From Promethearchaeati archaeon SRVP18_Atabeyarchaeia-1 (lineage in GTDB: Archaea > Asgardarchaeota > Atabeyarchaeia > Atabeyarchaeales > Atabeyarchaeaceae): DNA of 64,000 bases. A program made the position numbers and the translations under genes. Shown here in pieces: positions 1 to 9,835 of the stretch; positions within the stretch are counted from its first letter, which is position 1; every line of letters starts with the position of its first letter. The notes beneath the pieces are model-generated. The model was not told the origin of the DNA. It worked only from the letters and a program-made list of their open reading frames with translations, and did not search any database. Location: assembly GCA_037308085.1 (NCBI GenBank), contig CP147779.1, forward strand, positions 2,176,001-2,240,000, read 5' to 3'.

Positions 1-353
1 CCACAATACGCCCGAGGATTCCTCTCGAAGCTTTGTAGCGCTGCTCGAACGACGTTGCCCACATCAAAGGATTTTCCAGTGCTGCTGAGATGCCCTTCCC
101 TGTACCAGCTGATGTATCTTCTCAGTTGATCCATGAGGTCAAAGCCTCTGCAGTTGATCAGGCTTTCTGCTAGGCAAAGGGCCATTGATGTATCATCGGT
201 CCACTGTCCAGGTCGTAGGTGAAAAAATCCTCCTCCGACAATGTCCCTGACCGGAGGGAATGTTCCGGGGGACTTGAACTCTACTGTGGCGCCAAGGGCA
301 TCACCCACTGCCAATCCCAGGAGGCTCCCCCTGTAGCGCTGAACCCTCTTCAT
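1..353 (-). CDS. ADP-ribosylglycohydrolase (DraG/ARH family), runs off the window start
   Basis: Manual translation: MKRVQRYRGSLLGLAVGDALGATVEF...GQWTDDTSMALCLAESL; GDALG and TDD motifs; GGTGG RBS upstream. Confidence 0.92.
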   Translation of the reverse strand, partial: MKRVQRYRGSLLGLAVGDALGATVEFKSPGTFPPVRDIVGGGFFHLRPGQWTDDTSMALCLAESLINCRGFDLMDQLRRYISWYREGHLSSTGKSFDVGNVVRAALQSFERNPRAYC

Positions 354-430
354 CGTATCTAGCTCCACCCGTCATGGCCAATCCCCGATGCGCCATCCAG
401 TTCTCGCTTTTCTTGGGTGGGTGTCAATTT

Positions 431-1108
431 CTACTGCTGCAGCTCTTGTTGGGTTGTTTTCTGTTTGCATGCTGGGCAGTATCCCTTGTCGCGTACCCAT
501 TGCAGGAAATGCGTTCTATGTGCGAGGCGCCCGCAGTGAGGGCAGCGTATCGCTACGTCACCGTCCCTGAAGTTCGCGTCGCAGACCATGCAATGCTCCG
601 CCTGCTCATCCAAGTCCAAGAGGCTCTCACCCTTTGACCCACGTCTTAGGTTCGCGCCGCAGGCTGTGCAGAAGTTGGCGTTCGGATGCATGTTTATTGC
701 TCCACAGGCGTTGCACATTTTCCAGCTCACCTTGAGAGGCTTCGAGTAGGGCACCTCTGTCGTGGATTCAGCATTCTCTGCTGGACTCACGCTCTGTGAG
801 GCTTCTTCTTGCGGAGTCTCAGCCTGGTCTTGGCGGTCGCGCATCCACCTGCTCCTTGCTTCATCCTCGCTCAAGTCGACTTCTCCAGGTTCGATTTGGG
901 GTTCATTCCACTCTTCTTGATCAATTGTTGTGGTTTCTCCAAGGACTTTTCCCCTTATGCCATGCTTCAGCTTCACGCCAGCCCCACAGTGAGGGCAGTA
1001 GATCACTTCTTCGGGGGTTGGCAGTACTATTTTCCCCCCACACTTCGGGCAATGCTGGTAGAACTCCTCGGTAGATGGCGGTACATGTCCGTGACCTAGG
1101 TACGGCAT
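431..1108 (-). CDS. Soluble double zinc-ribbon protein with C-terminal RING-like domain
   Basis: CPKC..CPHC and CNAC..CTAC ribbons, acidic linker, C-terminal CMVC-x12-CPHC-x4-HRTH-x3-W-x6-CPAC. Confidence 0.75.
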   Translation of the reverse strand: MPYLGHGHVPPSTEEFYQHCPKCGGKIVLPTPEEVIYCPHCGAGVKLKHGIRGKVLGETTTIDQEEWNEPQIEPGEVDLSEDEARSRWMRDRQDQAETPQEEASQSVSPAENAESTTEVPYSKPLKVSWKMCNACGAINMHPNANFCTACGANLRRGSKGESLLDLDEQAEHCMVCDANFRDGDVAIRCPHCGRLAHRTHFLQWVRDKGYCPACKQKTTQQELQQ

Positions 1109-1189
1109 GCTCTCAACCTCCTTTATGTGGCTTGATTCTCATTCCATCTAGGAGTGACGTTATGTTGTCGGTTCATTGCCTCTGTTGCC

Positions 1190-2005
1190 CTATCCCTCGT
1201 TCAGGATGTCCAGTTCGCCTAGGCGCCTTCTACATGCCGGGCAGTATCCCCTGGCGCGCACCCAGTCGAGAAGATGATCCCTGTGGTAAGCTATTCCGCA
1301 ACGCGGGCACCGTGAGAAGGGCTCACCCTCCTCGAGTCGCAAGTTGCACACGGCGCACCTTTTCTCACTGGGGTCGGTAATTACTATGTAGTGCAAACTG
1401 TGCGGTGCGGTTGCGATAACGTCTGGCAAGATGTCAAGGTCCCCGCGTAGTTCTACGATTTCTGGCTGGATTGGCATAGGGTGTTGACCATACCAAACGG
1501 CGCCAAGCGCGATCAACAGGGAAGATAGCGTGATAACGACACCCTCCAACGGTACCCAATCGACCGCCCAAGCGGCCCTAATTCCGAGGGTCGTGTTCAC
1601 GTGGTTTGGATTCTCAGCGATAAAGAAGTACGTGCGGTTGGCTAGGATATGGTAATTGATGTTGAGGTCTGACACTACACTGAGGGACAGCAGATAGGAG
1701 TACCCCGGATCACCATTCACCATGAGATGGTAGTTGAGGGGATCCATGACGCGGAAGAAGATCTGCTCACCCGAACTTGAATTTAGCCCTCCGAGCACCC
1801 TCAAATCAATATTCAAGGTCCCCCCGGTTGGCAATGTCTGATTTTGAACGTACAGTCCATGGGGGGCTATGGTTACCGTGGCATCAATCGGTGTCTCCGG
1901 CGTAGCGACGTAGGCTACAAATCCCATGGAAGCGAGCAACAGGGGTATCAGCACGACTAACGCTACCTGGCTCCACTCGCCAAAATAAGCTGCCTCTCTC
2001 TGCAA
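1190..2005 (-). CDS. Membrane protein: TM, GOLD/p24-like ectodomain, TM, RING-like domain
   Basis: Two hydrophobic helices flank a beta-rich domain with N-glycosylation sequons; C-terminal CAVC-x12-CPRC-x4-HRDH-x3-W-x6-CPAC. Confidence 0.7.
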   Translation of the reverse strand: MQREAAYFGEWSQVALVVLIPLLLASMGFVAYVATPETPIDATVTIAPHGLYVQNQTLPTGGTLNIDLRVLGGLNSSSGEQIFFRVMDPLNYHLMVNGDPGYSYLLSLSVVSDLNINYHILANRTYFFIAENPNHVNTTLGIRAAWAVDWVPLEGVVITLSSLLIALGAVWYGQHPMPIQPEIVELRGDLDILPDVIATAPHSLHYIVITDPSEKRCAVCNLRLEEGEPFSRCPRCGIAYHRDHLLDWVRARGYCPACRRRLGELDILNEG

Positions 2006-2180
2006 GTTCTAGACCCTCCTAACTGCTGTCATACGAAGCTATCGTCGAAACTTCCATTAATAGGTTACGCTTACAGCACGCGAAGAAAGGCACTCAATGA
2101 ACTGGAATCCCCTAGACTCGCCCTATCTCCGATTGAGTATCACTGGGAGTCCGTGGCCAAGAAGCCTGCCACGCGGCATG

Positions 2181-4343
2181 CTAGTCCAGCTTCTTCTTGC
2201 CTGTTGGTTCTGGTTGGGGCTCGGTCTGCTTCTTGACCTCCGCTTCGTCCAGATGCCTACCACACGTTGGGCAGTAATCCTTCACGTGTAACCACTCCAG
2301 GAAGTCGTCCCTGTGAGCCAGACCACCGCAATAGGGACAGAAGAGGATCTCATCGCTATTCTCCAATCCTCTCTTGCAGACCATGCAAACCCCTGATCTA
2401 GGGCGCATCCCCGTCTTCCGACCTGCAACAGAGGACACCGCCAAGCTGCCTTTCACAGGCGCGCCGCAGTTCCAGCAGGTTTCGTCAGTTGATTTCAAAG
2501 AAGCGCCACAGCTCCGGCACCGCACGGAACGAATAGGGGCGATGCGTTCCCGTCTCTCTCCCAGCATTCCCGGTTGGCTTGAGGGAACTTCCGGCGGGCG
2601 GTAATTCGATCCACCCGTAGGTCTCCCGGTCCCGCCTCTGCTTGAAACTGCTAGCACGACGGCGAAAAAGAGAACAACGAACAGAATCACCACAGCGTAG
2701 AACTCCATAGGGGGATTGGGTTGATTCCCACCGCCAAAGTCCACCGTCACAGTAAGGAGGTAAGCTCCACTGCCATGGGATGAGTAGACCATAATGTACC
2801 AATCGCCGTAGTAGGGATTGGGATAGTTGACGTCTTCGTCGCCGCTTGCAGTTCCGCTCCAGTAGTAGGATAACGTTGTTGGGTATGATCCGCACGCCCC
2901 GTAGAGATCAAAGTCAGCGCCTGACGGGCAAGTAAGAACAGCGTGCATGTTCACAGCGCTATTGTAGAGATACATGTACCAGAGATCGTACTCGCCAGTT
3001 CCGCTCAGGTTGCCACTGACAGTGTAGCCATTATAGAGGGACTGCGGGGTGAGAGGGGCTCTCACTGTCACAGTCAGCCGATATGTCCCATTGCCATGGA
3101 GCGACTCGACCATGATGTACCAGGTGCCAGAGGAAGGATTGTTATATGTGGTGTTTTCGTCGCCGCTTGCAGTTCCGCTCCAGGCGTAGAATGTCGTTGT
3201 TGGGTAAGATCCATAGGCTCCATAGAGATTGAAATCCGCGTTTGCCGGGCAAGTTAGGACCGAGTGCATGCTCGTGGCTCCGTAGGCAACGTATATGTAC
3301 CACAAGGCATAGTCTCCATTTCCATTCAGGGTGCCCGTTGCAGTCATGCCGTTCGATAGGTACTGGAGGACGGGGGCGTATGCTACGTAGACGGTTAGTT
3401 GATAGGTGCCGTTTCCGCTGTACGAGAAGGGCATTATGTACCACGCGCCGGCACCAGGATAACTGTATATGACGTCCTCGTTACCAGCCTGGTTTCCACG
3501 CCAGTAGTAGCCCGTCAACGTTGGATATCCCCCGTTCATCCCGTAGAGATCGAAGTCGGCGCCAGAAGAACAAGTGAGAACAGCCCGCATACTCGTTGCC
3601 CCACCCAAGATATATATGTACCAGAGGTCAGAGTCGGCGGTGGCATTGAGGCTACTGGTTGCAGGAGTCCCACTCGTAAGTGGGAGTTGAGCGCTCGTGT
3701 ACAGTACGGTGACAGTCAGAAGATAGTTCCCTTTGGAGAGGTCGGAATAAGCCATGATGTACCATGTGCCAGCCGAAGGATTGTAGTAGCTCATATCCTC
3801 AGTGCTTCCATAATATGTGGCGCTCCAGCTGTATGATGTGGTGGTTGGATAGACCCCGACTTGACCGTACAGATAAACGTAATTGCCGGGGTTGCCTGTG
3901 ACGACGGCGCGCATGAACCTTGCTCCACCGGTGACGTTGATGTACCACATCTCCGAGTCTCCGGTGCCATTCAGAAACCCGATGCTTGATACTCCATTAG
4001 TAAGAGGCCGTACTGCATCGCTGCTTCTGTACTCCGAGGGACTCCTACTGGACGCGTACTTGCCCACGCGGTAGTCAGTTCCCAGTCTATTAGAATCGGT
4101 CCCTTTCCCTCCCGGCGTGGGCGTCGCAGTTCGAAGATGTGTGAGCGTCGGCAAAGAAACGTTTGGTGAGTGCGCCTGCGCCGGAGCTACGTCGCCAGCT
4201 CCGGTCAATGGGCTCTGGGTGCCACGGCTTGCCGACATCAACCCAGCAGACGGAGACAAAACGGTTAAGAACAGCAGTAGAGCGAGGAGTCCTTCCGCGA
4301 ATCTTAGCTCAAGTTTGCTCCTTGTATTCGCCCTACCGTTCAT
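2181..4343 (-). CDS. Type I membrane protein: signal peptide, 4 PPC-like repeats, TM, zinc ribbon, RING-like domain
   Basis: Four ~105-aa repeats (ADFDLYG..YPT..G.WYIM..G.Y.LTV), TM FYAVVILFVVLFFAVVLAV, CRSC..CWNC, CMVC..CPYC..HRDD..W..CPTC. Confidence 0.8.
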   Translation of the reverse strand: MNGRANTRSKLELRFAEGLLALLLFLTVLSPSAGLMSASRGTQSPLTGAGDVAPAQAHSPNVSLPTLTHLRTATPTPGGKGTDSNRLGTDYRVGKYASSRSPSEYRSSDAVRPLTNGVSSIGFLNGTGDSEMWYINVTGGARFMRAVVTGNPGNYVYLYGQVGVYPTTTSYSWSATYYGSTEDMSYYNPSAGTWYIMAYSDLSKGNYLLTVTVLYTSAQLPLTSGTPATSSLNATADSDLWYIYILGGATSMRAVLTCSSGADFDLYGMNGGYPTLTGYYWRGNQAGNEDVIYSYPGAGAWYIMPFSYSGNGTYQLTVYVAYAPVLQYLSNGMTATGTLNGNGDYALWYIYVAYGATSMHSVLTCPANADFNLYGAYGSYPTTTFYAWSGTASGDENTTYNNPSSGTWYIMVESLHGNGTYRLTVTVRAPLTPQSLYNGYTVSGNLSGTGEYDLWYMYLYNSAVNMHAVLTCPSGADFDLYGACGSYPTTLSYYWSGTASGDEDVNYPNPYYGDWYIMVYSSHGSGAYLLTVTVDFGGGNQPNPPMEFYAVVILFVVLFFAVVLAVSSRGGTGRPTGGSNYRPPEVPSSQPGMLGERRERIAPIRSVRCRSCGASLKSTDETCWNCGAPVKGSLAVSSVAGRKTGMRPRSGVCMVCKRGLENSDEILFCPYCGGLAHRDDFLEWLHVKDYCPTCGRHLDEAEVKKQTEPQPEPTGKKKLD

Positions 4344-4710
4344 TTCCCCCGCCTCACGTAGCTAAGCAGCCGAGCGAAATCGTTTTCATCCCGTGCCGAG
4401 TATATTTATCGGGTTAATTTGCCTTATAAGCTTGACGTAAGTCACGACTATTGCAGCGTGCGCCTCGCCCGATAAAAAGTTCCTAGGATCATAGGATTCG
4501 GAAACGAGCTTCCGCTCTCGCTTGTAGGCTAGCTCCTAAAGCTTCCCCTAAGGCAAGAGTAAATGCAGGCTCAGGAGATGTCTTGGCTTGACCTCTCGTT
4601 TGTTGATGAGGGTCCTAGCAAGCGCTCCAGTTTCACATTTCCTTGTGATCCAGGCAAATAGTATATACTGAGCTTACTCCATCCAATGATTAGGACCCCC
4701 TTGAGGGAAG

Positions 4711-5547
4711 GTGATGGAACTGGCAGGGGACGAGCTGGGGGAACTACCAGGAACAGGAAGAATGCCAGTCTTGTTCGTTGGCCATGGTTCCCCTATCAAC
4801 CTCGTCTTGATGAATGACTTCACCCGCCACCTGTTAAAGCTGGGAAAAGAGATCCCGAAACCGAAGGCAATAATGGTTGTCTCAGCGCACTGGTTAACAG
4901 ACGGTTCCTACGTCACATGCATGAAGAAGCCCAGGACTATCTATGATTTCTACGGCTTCCCTGACCAATTGTATGGGATCAGCTATCCGAGTCCTGGCGC
5001 ACCACGCTATGCCAGACTTGCCGCAAACTCGGTTAAGGCTGCGAAGGGCAGCTGTGACACCGGATGGGGTCTTGACCACGCCTCCTGGTCCATTCTGCAC
5101 CACATGTATCCGAAGGCAGATATCCCGGTATTCGAAATGAGCCTCGATTACTCATTCAACGATTGGCATCCGAAGCCGATGCAATACCACCATGACCTGG
5201 CGAAAGAACTTGTCGCGCTTAGAGAGAAGGGCGTCCTGATTATTGGAAGCGGGAACATCGTGCATAACCTGCAGTTGGTAGACTTCCAGAAGATTGATGC
5301 GACCCCCTATGACTGGGCGACTGAGTTCGACGAGGAAGTGAGATCAGCACTTCTAAGCGGGAGCATCAGAGAGCTAATCAATTACCAGAACCTTTCGCGG
5401 AAAGCGTATTTGGCGGTTCCAACTCTCGACCACTACCTCCCAATGATATACGCAGTAGCTCTGCAACAACAGGGCGAGACGCTCAGATTCACCTATGAAG
5501 GTTTCCAGAACGGCTCCATTTCCATGCGTTGTTTTCGGATAGGATGA
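4711..5547 (+). CDS. ygiD: DODA-type (4,5-DOPA) extradiol ring-cleavage dioxygenase
   Basis: PVLFVGHGSP, VSAHW, YDFYGFP, GLDHASW, GSGNIVHNL, PTLDHYLP motifs. Confidence 0.9.
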   Translation: MMELAGDELGELPGTGRMPVLFVGHGSPINLVLMNDFTRHLLKLGKEIPKPKAIMVVSAHWLTDGSYVTCMKKPRTIYDFYGFPDQLYGISYPSPGAPRYARLAANSVKAAKGSCDTGWGLDHASWSILHHMYPKADIPVFEMSLDYSFNDWHPKPMQYHHDLAKELVALREKGVLIIGSGNIVHNLQLVDFQKIDATPYDWATEFDEEVRSALLSGSIRELINYQNLSRKAYLAVPTLDHYLPMIYAVALQQQGETLRFTYEGFQNGSISMRCFRIG

Positions 5548-5741
5548 TGGCGCAAGGATCTGGACCTGCCAACGGAATCCAGAAGGATAGCCAGGCTCTG
5601 TGGCTGTGAGGCGCATGTGGGCAAGCTTTTTATGCCCTTGCCATTCTTACCTCTGCTGGAGGAGCTGCTGGGCGAATTGCCGTGTGTTCACGCTGAGGCG
5701 CCCGAAAAAGCAGGTACGCCCAGGCAACTGGGACGTGAGGT

Positions 5742-6182
5742 GTGCAGAGCTTGAACAGACCGATAAAGAAAAGGCAGTCAGAGGAACCAGCTGACGAGGC
5801 ACGTAACGTTCTCCCGAAGGCGGCTCAGGAAGCCCTGAAGAGGCTTGATGCAGAGGTGGAGGAGGCTCTGGAGAAACTCAAGGCACTGAGACCTGTCGAC
5901 CCGAAAGTGACGAAGTCCGCTAATGAGGTGACGAAGGATTTCGAAAAGAATGTGGAGCGGGTTCGATCCGAGTTGGACAAATGCTTGGAAAACCAACAGG
6001 TCTGTTCGGAACTGGAGCCCGACTTGAAGAGACTGAAGGACCAACTCCAAGACCTTGTCGCCAAGCTCAAGGACTCCATACAGAGGGGAGTGCCCGCGGT
6101 TTACGGAAGCGTGATCAAGGCGCTAATTGATGCGTTCAGGGCAATGCTGAAGCGGCTGCGCGACATGCTCAATCGCAAATAA
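5742..6182 (+). CDS. Helical/coiled-coil protein of unknown function (start may be TTG at 5751)
   Basis: Heptad-like E/K/L-rich sequence; GAGGTG RBS at 5737-5742. Confidence 0.65.
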   Translation: MQSLNRPIKKRQSEEPADEARNVLPKAAQEALKRLDAEVEEALEKLKALRPVDPKVTKSANEVTKDFEKNVERVRSELDKCLENQQVCSELEPDLKRLKDQLQDLVAKLKDSIQRGVPAVYGSVIKALIDAFRAMLKRLRDMLNRK

Positions 6183-6223
6183 GCCATCAACAGATACAGG
6201 ATGCACCGAGGGCGTGAACGCAA

Positions 6224-6895
6224 GTGGAAGACAATACGATCAAGTATAAGGTCATGCCCACGCTTGTCTGGCTGATACTCCTAATGTTCGCCGGGGCAAA
6301 GCTTGTTTCTTTGGCTATCGAAGGCGCGTTCGGATTCCACCTAGCTCAGCTCACAATATCCTTCTTCATGGATCCGATCAGTCTGATTGTGGTCATAGTG
6401 TTGTACTTCGTGTTCTTCTTGCTTGCTTATCTCACTGTGAGCAGGACGGCGCTCAGCATTGTATTCGCGAGCCTCTTCGCCATCGTGTGTGGTGCGGGCC
6501 TCTTTAGCACGACTTTCTATATCGCGGATATTGTGGGCGCAGATATAGTACCTGAGGCACTGCTTCTGACAACCGGTGTCTTCGTCATCGCCATGCTGTG
6601 GGAGTGGATAACAAAGAAGGATCTCGTTAGCTGGGGCTTCTGGCTCTTCTTGTTCTTGTTGGCAGCGATCGTTCTCACTATTGCCGAGGTTTTCATACCT
6701 TTGACCATCTTCAGAGTGGCTGTTGACTTGGGTGTAGTTCTTCTCTTCGCCATCATAGTTGCTTATGACACATATTGGGCGAGGCAACATGCTCCAGATG
6801 ATAGGTGGATGATGGCAGCTCTGAAATTCTTCATAGATTTCATAAACATATTGATTAGGATAATCCTTCTGCTAATAGAAACCAGGAGGAGATAG
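6224..6895 (+). CDS. Bax inhibitor-1/YccA family membrane protein
   Basis: About 7 TM helices; IVAYDT and AALKFFIDFINILIRII C-terminal motifs. Confidence 0.85.
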   Translation: MEDNTIKYKVMPTLVWLILLMFAGAKLVSLAIEGAFGFHLAQLTISFFMDPISLIVVIVLYFVFFLLAYLTVSRTALSIVFASLFAIVCGAGLFSTTFYIADIVGADIVPEALLLTTGVFVIAMLWEWITKKDLVSWGFWLFLFLLAAIVLTIAEVFIPLTIFRVAVDLGVVLLFAIIVAYDTYWARQHAPDDRWMMAALKFFIDFINILIRIILLLIETRRR

Positions 6896-6950
6896 CCAAG
6901 ATCTCCCTCACTGGACCTAACCTTTTTCTAGCAAGTGGCTCTCGGCACTA

Positions 6951-7634
6951 TTGATGGAAATATCGTTACAGTTGTCGGATCAGAGGATCAACTCAATACG
7001 TCGAGGTGAACCCGCTTTGGATTTATACGAAGCTGTAGGGAGGAGAAGAAGCGTAAGGGAATTTGAGTCTTCACTGGTAGAAGAAGAGAAGCTCAGAAGA
7101 GTCCTTGAGGCTGGCCTGAGAGCGCCCTCTCACAATCACCTGAGGGAATGGGAATTCATTCTAGTTAGGGATCCTGCTCAAAGGAGGAGAGTCGTGGAGA
7201 TTGGCGCCAGGGCAAGGAACATGACGAACCAAAAGGAGCTGGAAGAAGCAACTACTGGCATGAAGGACGAACTACAGCAAGAGATGTACCTGAAAGCACT
7301 ATCAGTCCAGAAGAGAATGCTAGTCAGCGCGCCCGAGCTCCTAGTGGTCTGCTTCAAGATGAGAAAGCCCTTGGAAGAGTGCACCACGCTGTACGACCTG
7401 AACTGCTTTGCCTCCATCTGGACTTGCATCGAGAATATTCTGCTAGCAATGGCTTCAGAAGGGCTCTACGGGGTGACCTATGTCCCAAATGGGACTTCCT
7501 CGCTGAGGGACATATTGGGTGTGCCAGAAGACTACGAGATAGCAGCGCTCATCCCCATAGGATATCCAAGGGAATGTCTCATAAAGCAAAAAGAAATATC
7601 ACTGAGAGATAAACTGCACACAGATGAATGGTAG
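6951..7634 (+). CDS. Nitroreductase family protein
   Basis: RRRSVREF, APSHNHLREWEF, ENILLAMASEGL, IPIGYP. Confidence 0.9.
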   Translation: MMEISLQLSDQRINSIRRGEPALDLYEAVGRRRSVREFESSLVEEEKLRRVLEAGLRAPSHNHLREWEFILVRDPAQRRRVVEIGARARNMTNQKELEEATTGMKDELQQEMYLKALSVQKRMLVSAPELLVVCFKMRKPLEECTTLYDLNCFASIWTCIENILLAMASEGLYGVTYVPNGTSSLRDILGVPEDYEIAALIPIGYPRECLIKQKEISLRDKLHTDEW

Positions 7635-8530
7635 AGAAAGTGGGACGATTGAACATTCAGGAAATAGGAAGACGAGGGGTCCTCTTTACGTTCGAGAAAC
7701 CCTTCAAAACAAACGTATTCATCATCACAGGTAATAACCACGTTTTCCTCCTGGACACATTCTTGGGAAACGAACCAATGATGGAGATAAAACGGTACCT
7801 AGAGGAGAAAGGGCTCCACTCACGACCAGTGGTCGTTTTCAATTCTCACGCGGACTATGACCACTACTGGGGAAATGGCAGTTTCGGGACTTCCATCATC
7901 ATCGGCCATGAGCTATGCCTAAAAAGGATAGAAAAGGAAAGCTCGGAAGCACTGAGCAGCTTCGAGGGCGAAAAACAAGGCGATGTGGAGATAGTCCCTC
8001 CAAACCTCGTTTTCAGTGAGAGGATCGTCTTCGTGGATGAAGGCGTGGAGTTCTACTATACGCCTGGACACACGACCGACTCAGCTTCATGCTTCGATCA
8101 TGTTGACAGAACACTCTTCGTTGGGGACAATATTGAGTCACCTATTCCCTACCTCAACGAACTGGATTTTCGAACATACAAATCCACACTACAGGAGTAC
8201 CTAATCCGGGAAGCAAAAACTGTGCTATGCGGTCACAGTGGCGCTATGAATGACGCCAATTTGATCAAGGACTGCCTCGACTATGTGAACAGATTTGAGT
8301 GGCAGCGAGTTGAAACGGACAAGCTCGATAGAAAAGGCAAGATCACTCACTTCATGAACATCTCGAATATCGCCGACAAGCTCAAGGATCGGCGACTGCT
8401 AAAGGAAGCGCTAAGCTACTACAAACAGGGACGGGCTCTACTCGATCAAATGCCGGACGATGTGCAGGGGAAAGAGCAGCAGAAGAAGAGAATCGACGAG
8501 ATCATAACTCTCCTGTCAAGTCAGCAATAG
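7628..8530 (+). CDS. MBL-fold metallo-hydrolase
   Basis: NSHADYDHYWGN, TPGHT, LFVGD, CGH motifs. Confidence 0.88.
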   Translation: MVEKVGRLNIQEIGRRGVLFTFEKPFKTNVFIITGNNHVFLLDTFLGNEPMMEIKRYLEEKGLHSRPVVVFNSHADYDHYWGNGSFGTSIIIGHELCLKRIEKESSEALSSFEGEKQGDVEIVPPNLVFSERIVFVDEGVEFYYTPGHTTDSASCFDHVDRTLFVGDNIESPIPYLNELDFRTYKSTLQEYLIREAKTVLCGHSGAMNDANLIKDCLDYVNRFEWQRVETDKLDRKGKITHFMNISNIADKLKDRRLLKEALSYYKQGRALLDQMPDDVQGKEQQKKRIDEIITLLSSQQ

Positions 8531-8543
8531 GAGGGAAGAAGTC

Positions 8544-9683
8544 ATGGTGACCTTCGTCGAGAAAGAGTTCAAGTCTGTCCTAAATGTGAAGAAGTTCATA
8601 GACAGCTGGTTCTGGGTCAAGTATGGCATAAACCCCTACAATGGATGCCAGTTTGGCTGCATCTACTGTGACTCGCGCAGCGCAAAGTACCACTTGCCGA
8701 CTGACTTCGAGAGCACCATACTTGTCAAAAAGAACGTTGGTGCAATGCTCGACAGAAGAATAGCCAACGCACGAACCTTGCTGCCTGACGTTACTGGAAC
8801 AGGGGGGACAACTGATCCCTACCAACCTGCAGAGAAGAAATACGAGAACACAAGGCAGTGCCTGCAAGTTCTCGCGAAACACCGTTATCCCGTTCTCATC
8901 GGTACAAAATCCAACCTCGTCCTCCGAGACCTTGAACTGCTCGAAGCGATCGGCATGAACAACTGGTGCACCGTCGGCATAACGATCACAACCACTGATC
9001 CTGAGAAGGCGAAGTTTCTTGAGCGGTCTGCTCCCTCACCTGAGGAAAGACTTGACACAATAAGATCGATAAAAGAGCAGACGGAGCATGTGCAGGCAGG
9101 AGTTTGGCTCATCCCCGTAGTGCCGTTCATCACTGACTCAGACAATGACCTTGAGGATGTAGTTAGAGCATCCAAGGAAGCGGGTGCCGACTTTGTCCTC
9201 TTCGGAGGCGGCATGACTATGAGGGATATGCAGGCAAATTGGTTCCTGAAGCATCTCCAGGAGAAGCACCAAGCGCTGCTCAAGAATTATGAGGAACTGT
9301 ACCAGTTCAAGTACGACCCAAATATATACGGCGGACAGTACGAGCCATCCAGAAAATACTCAACGGCAATAACCAAGAAGTTCTTCGCCTTAGCTGAGAA
9401 GTACGGGATATCCACCAGAATGAGAAGATACATACCACAGGATTTCAGAAGAGACAACTACATAATCGCTGAGAAACTTCTTAACGAGTCTTACCATTCT
9501 CAAGCGATTGGAAAAGCCTGGAGCGGCAAGTTCTGGGCCGGCCAGAACATACAGAATCTCAAGGAACCTATCAGCAACATTGCAGAGAGAGGCGAGTTGC
9601 AGAAGATCAGAAGCGTCAACGGGCTAGTGGAATCACTTGTCAAAGAGTACTTCAAGCCAGCCCAGGGACGTGGGCTTTCCTGA
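8544..9683 (+). CDS. Radical SAM protein (SplB/Rv2578c-like)
   Basis: NPYNGCQFGCIYCD CxxxCxxC motif; TDPYQPAE; TKS. Confidence 0.88.
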   Translation: MVTFVEKEFKSVLNVKKFIDSWFWVKYGINPYNGCQFGCIYCDSRSAKYHLPTDFESTILVKKNVGAMLDRRIANARTLLPDVTGTGGTTDPYQPAEKKYENTRQCLQVLAKHRYPVLIGTKSNLVLRDLELLEAIGMNNWCTVGITITTTDPEKAKFLERSAPSPEERLDTIRSIKEQTEHVQAGVWLIPVVPFITDSDNDLEDVVRASKEAGADFVLFGGGMTMRDMQANWFLKHLQEKHQALLKNYEELYQFKYDPNIYGGQYEPSRKYSTAITKKFFALAEKYGISTRMRRYIPQDFRRDNYIIAEKLLNESYHSQAIGKAWSGKFWAGQNIQNLKEPISNIAERGELQKIRSVNGLVESLVKEYFKPAQGRGLS

Positions 9684-9835
9684 CTGCATTTGCGATTTTA
9701 GTGAGCAGACCAGCTGAGGATTCTGCAACATGGACGCAAATGTGTGGAATTCGGTTTCCACCTTAACATTCTACTATTTCCACCTTACTATTAGTATTGT
9801 AACAACATGAAATTAGGATAGGAGAAAGAAGGAAC

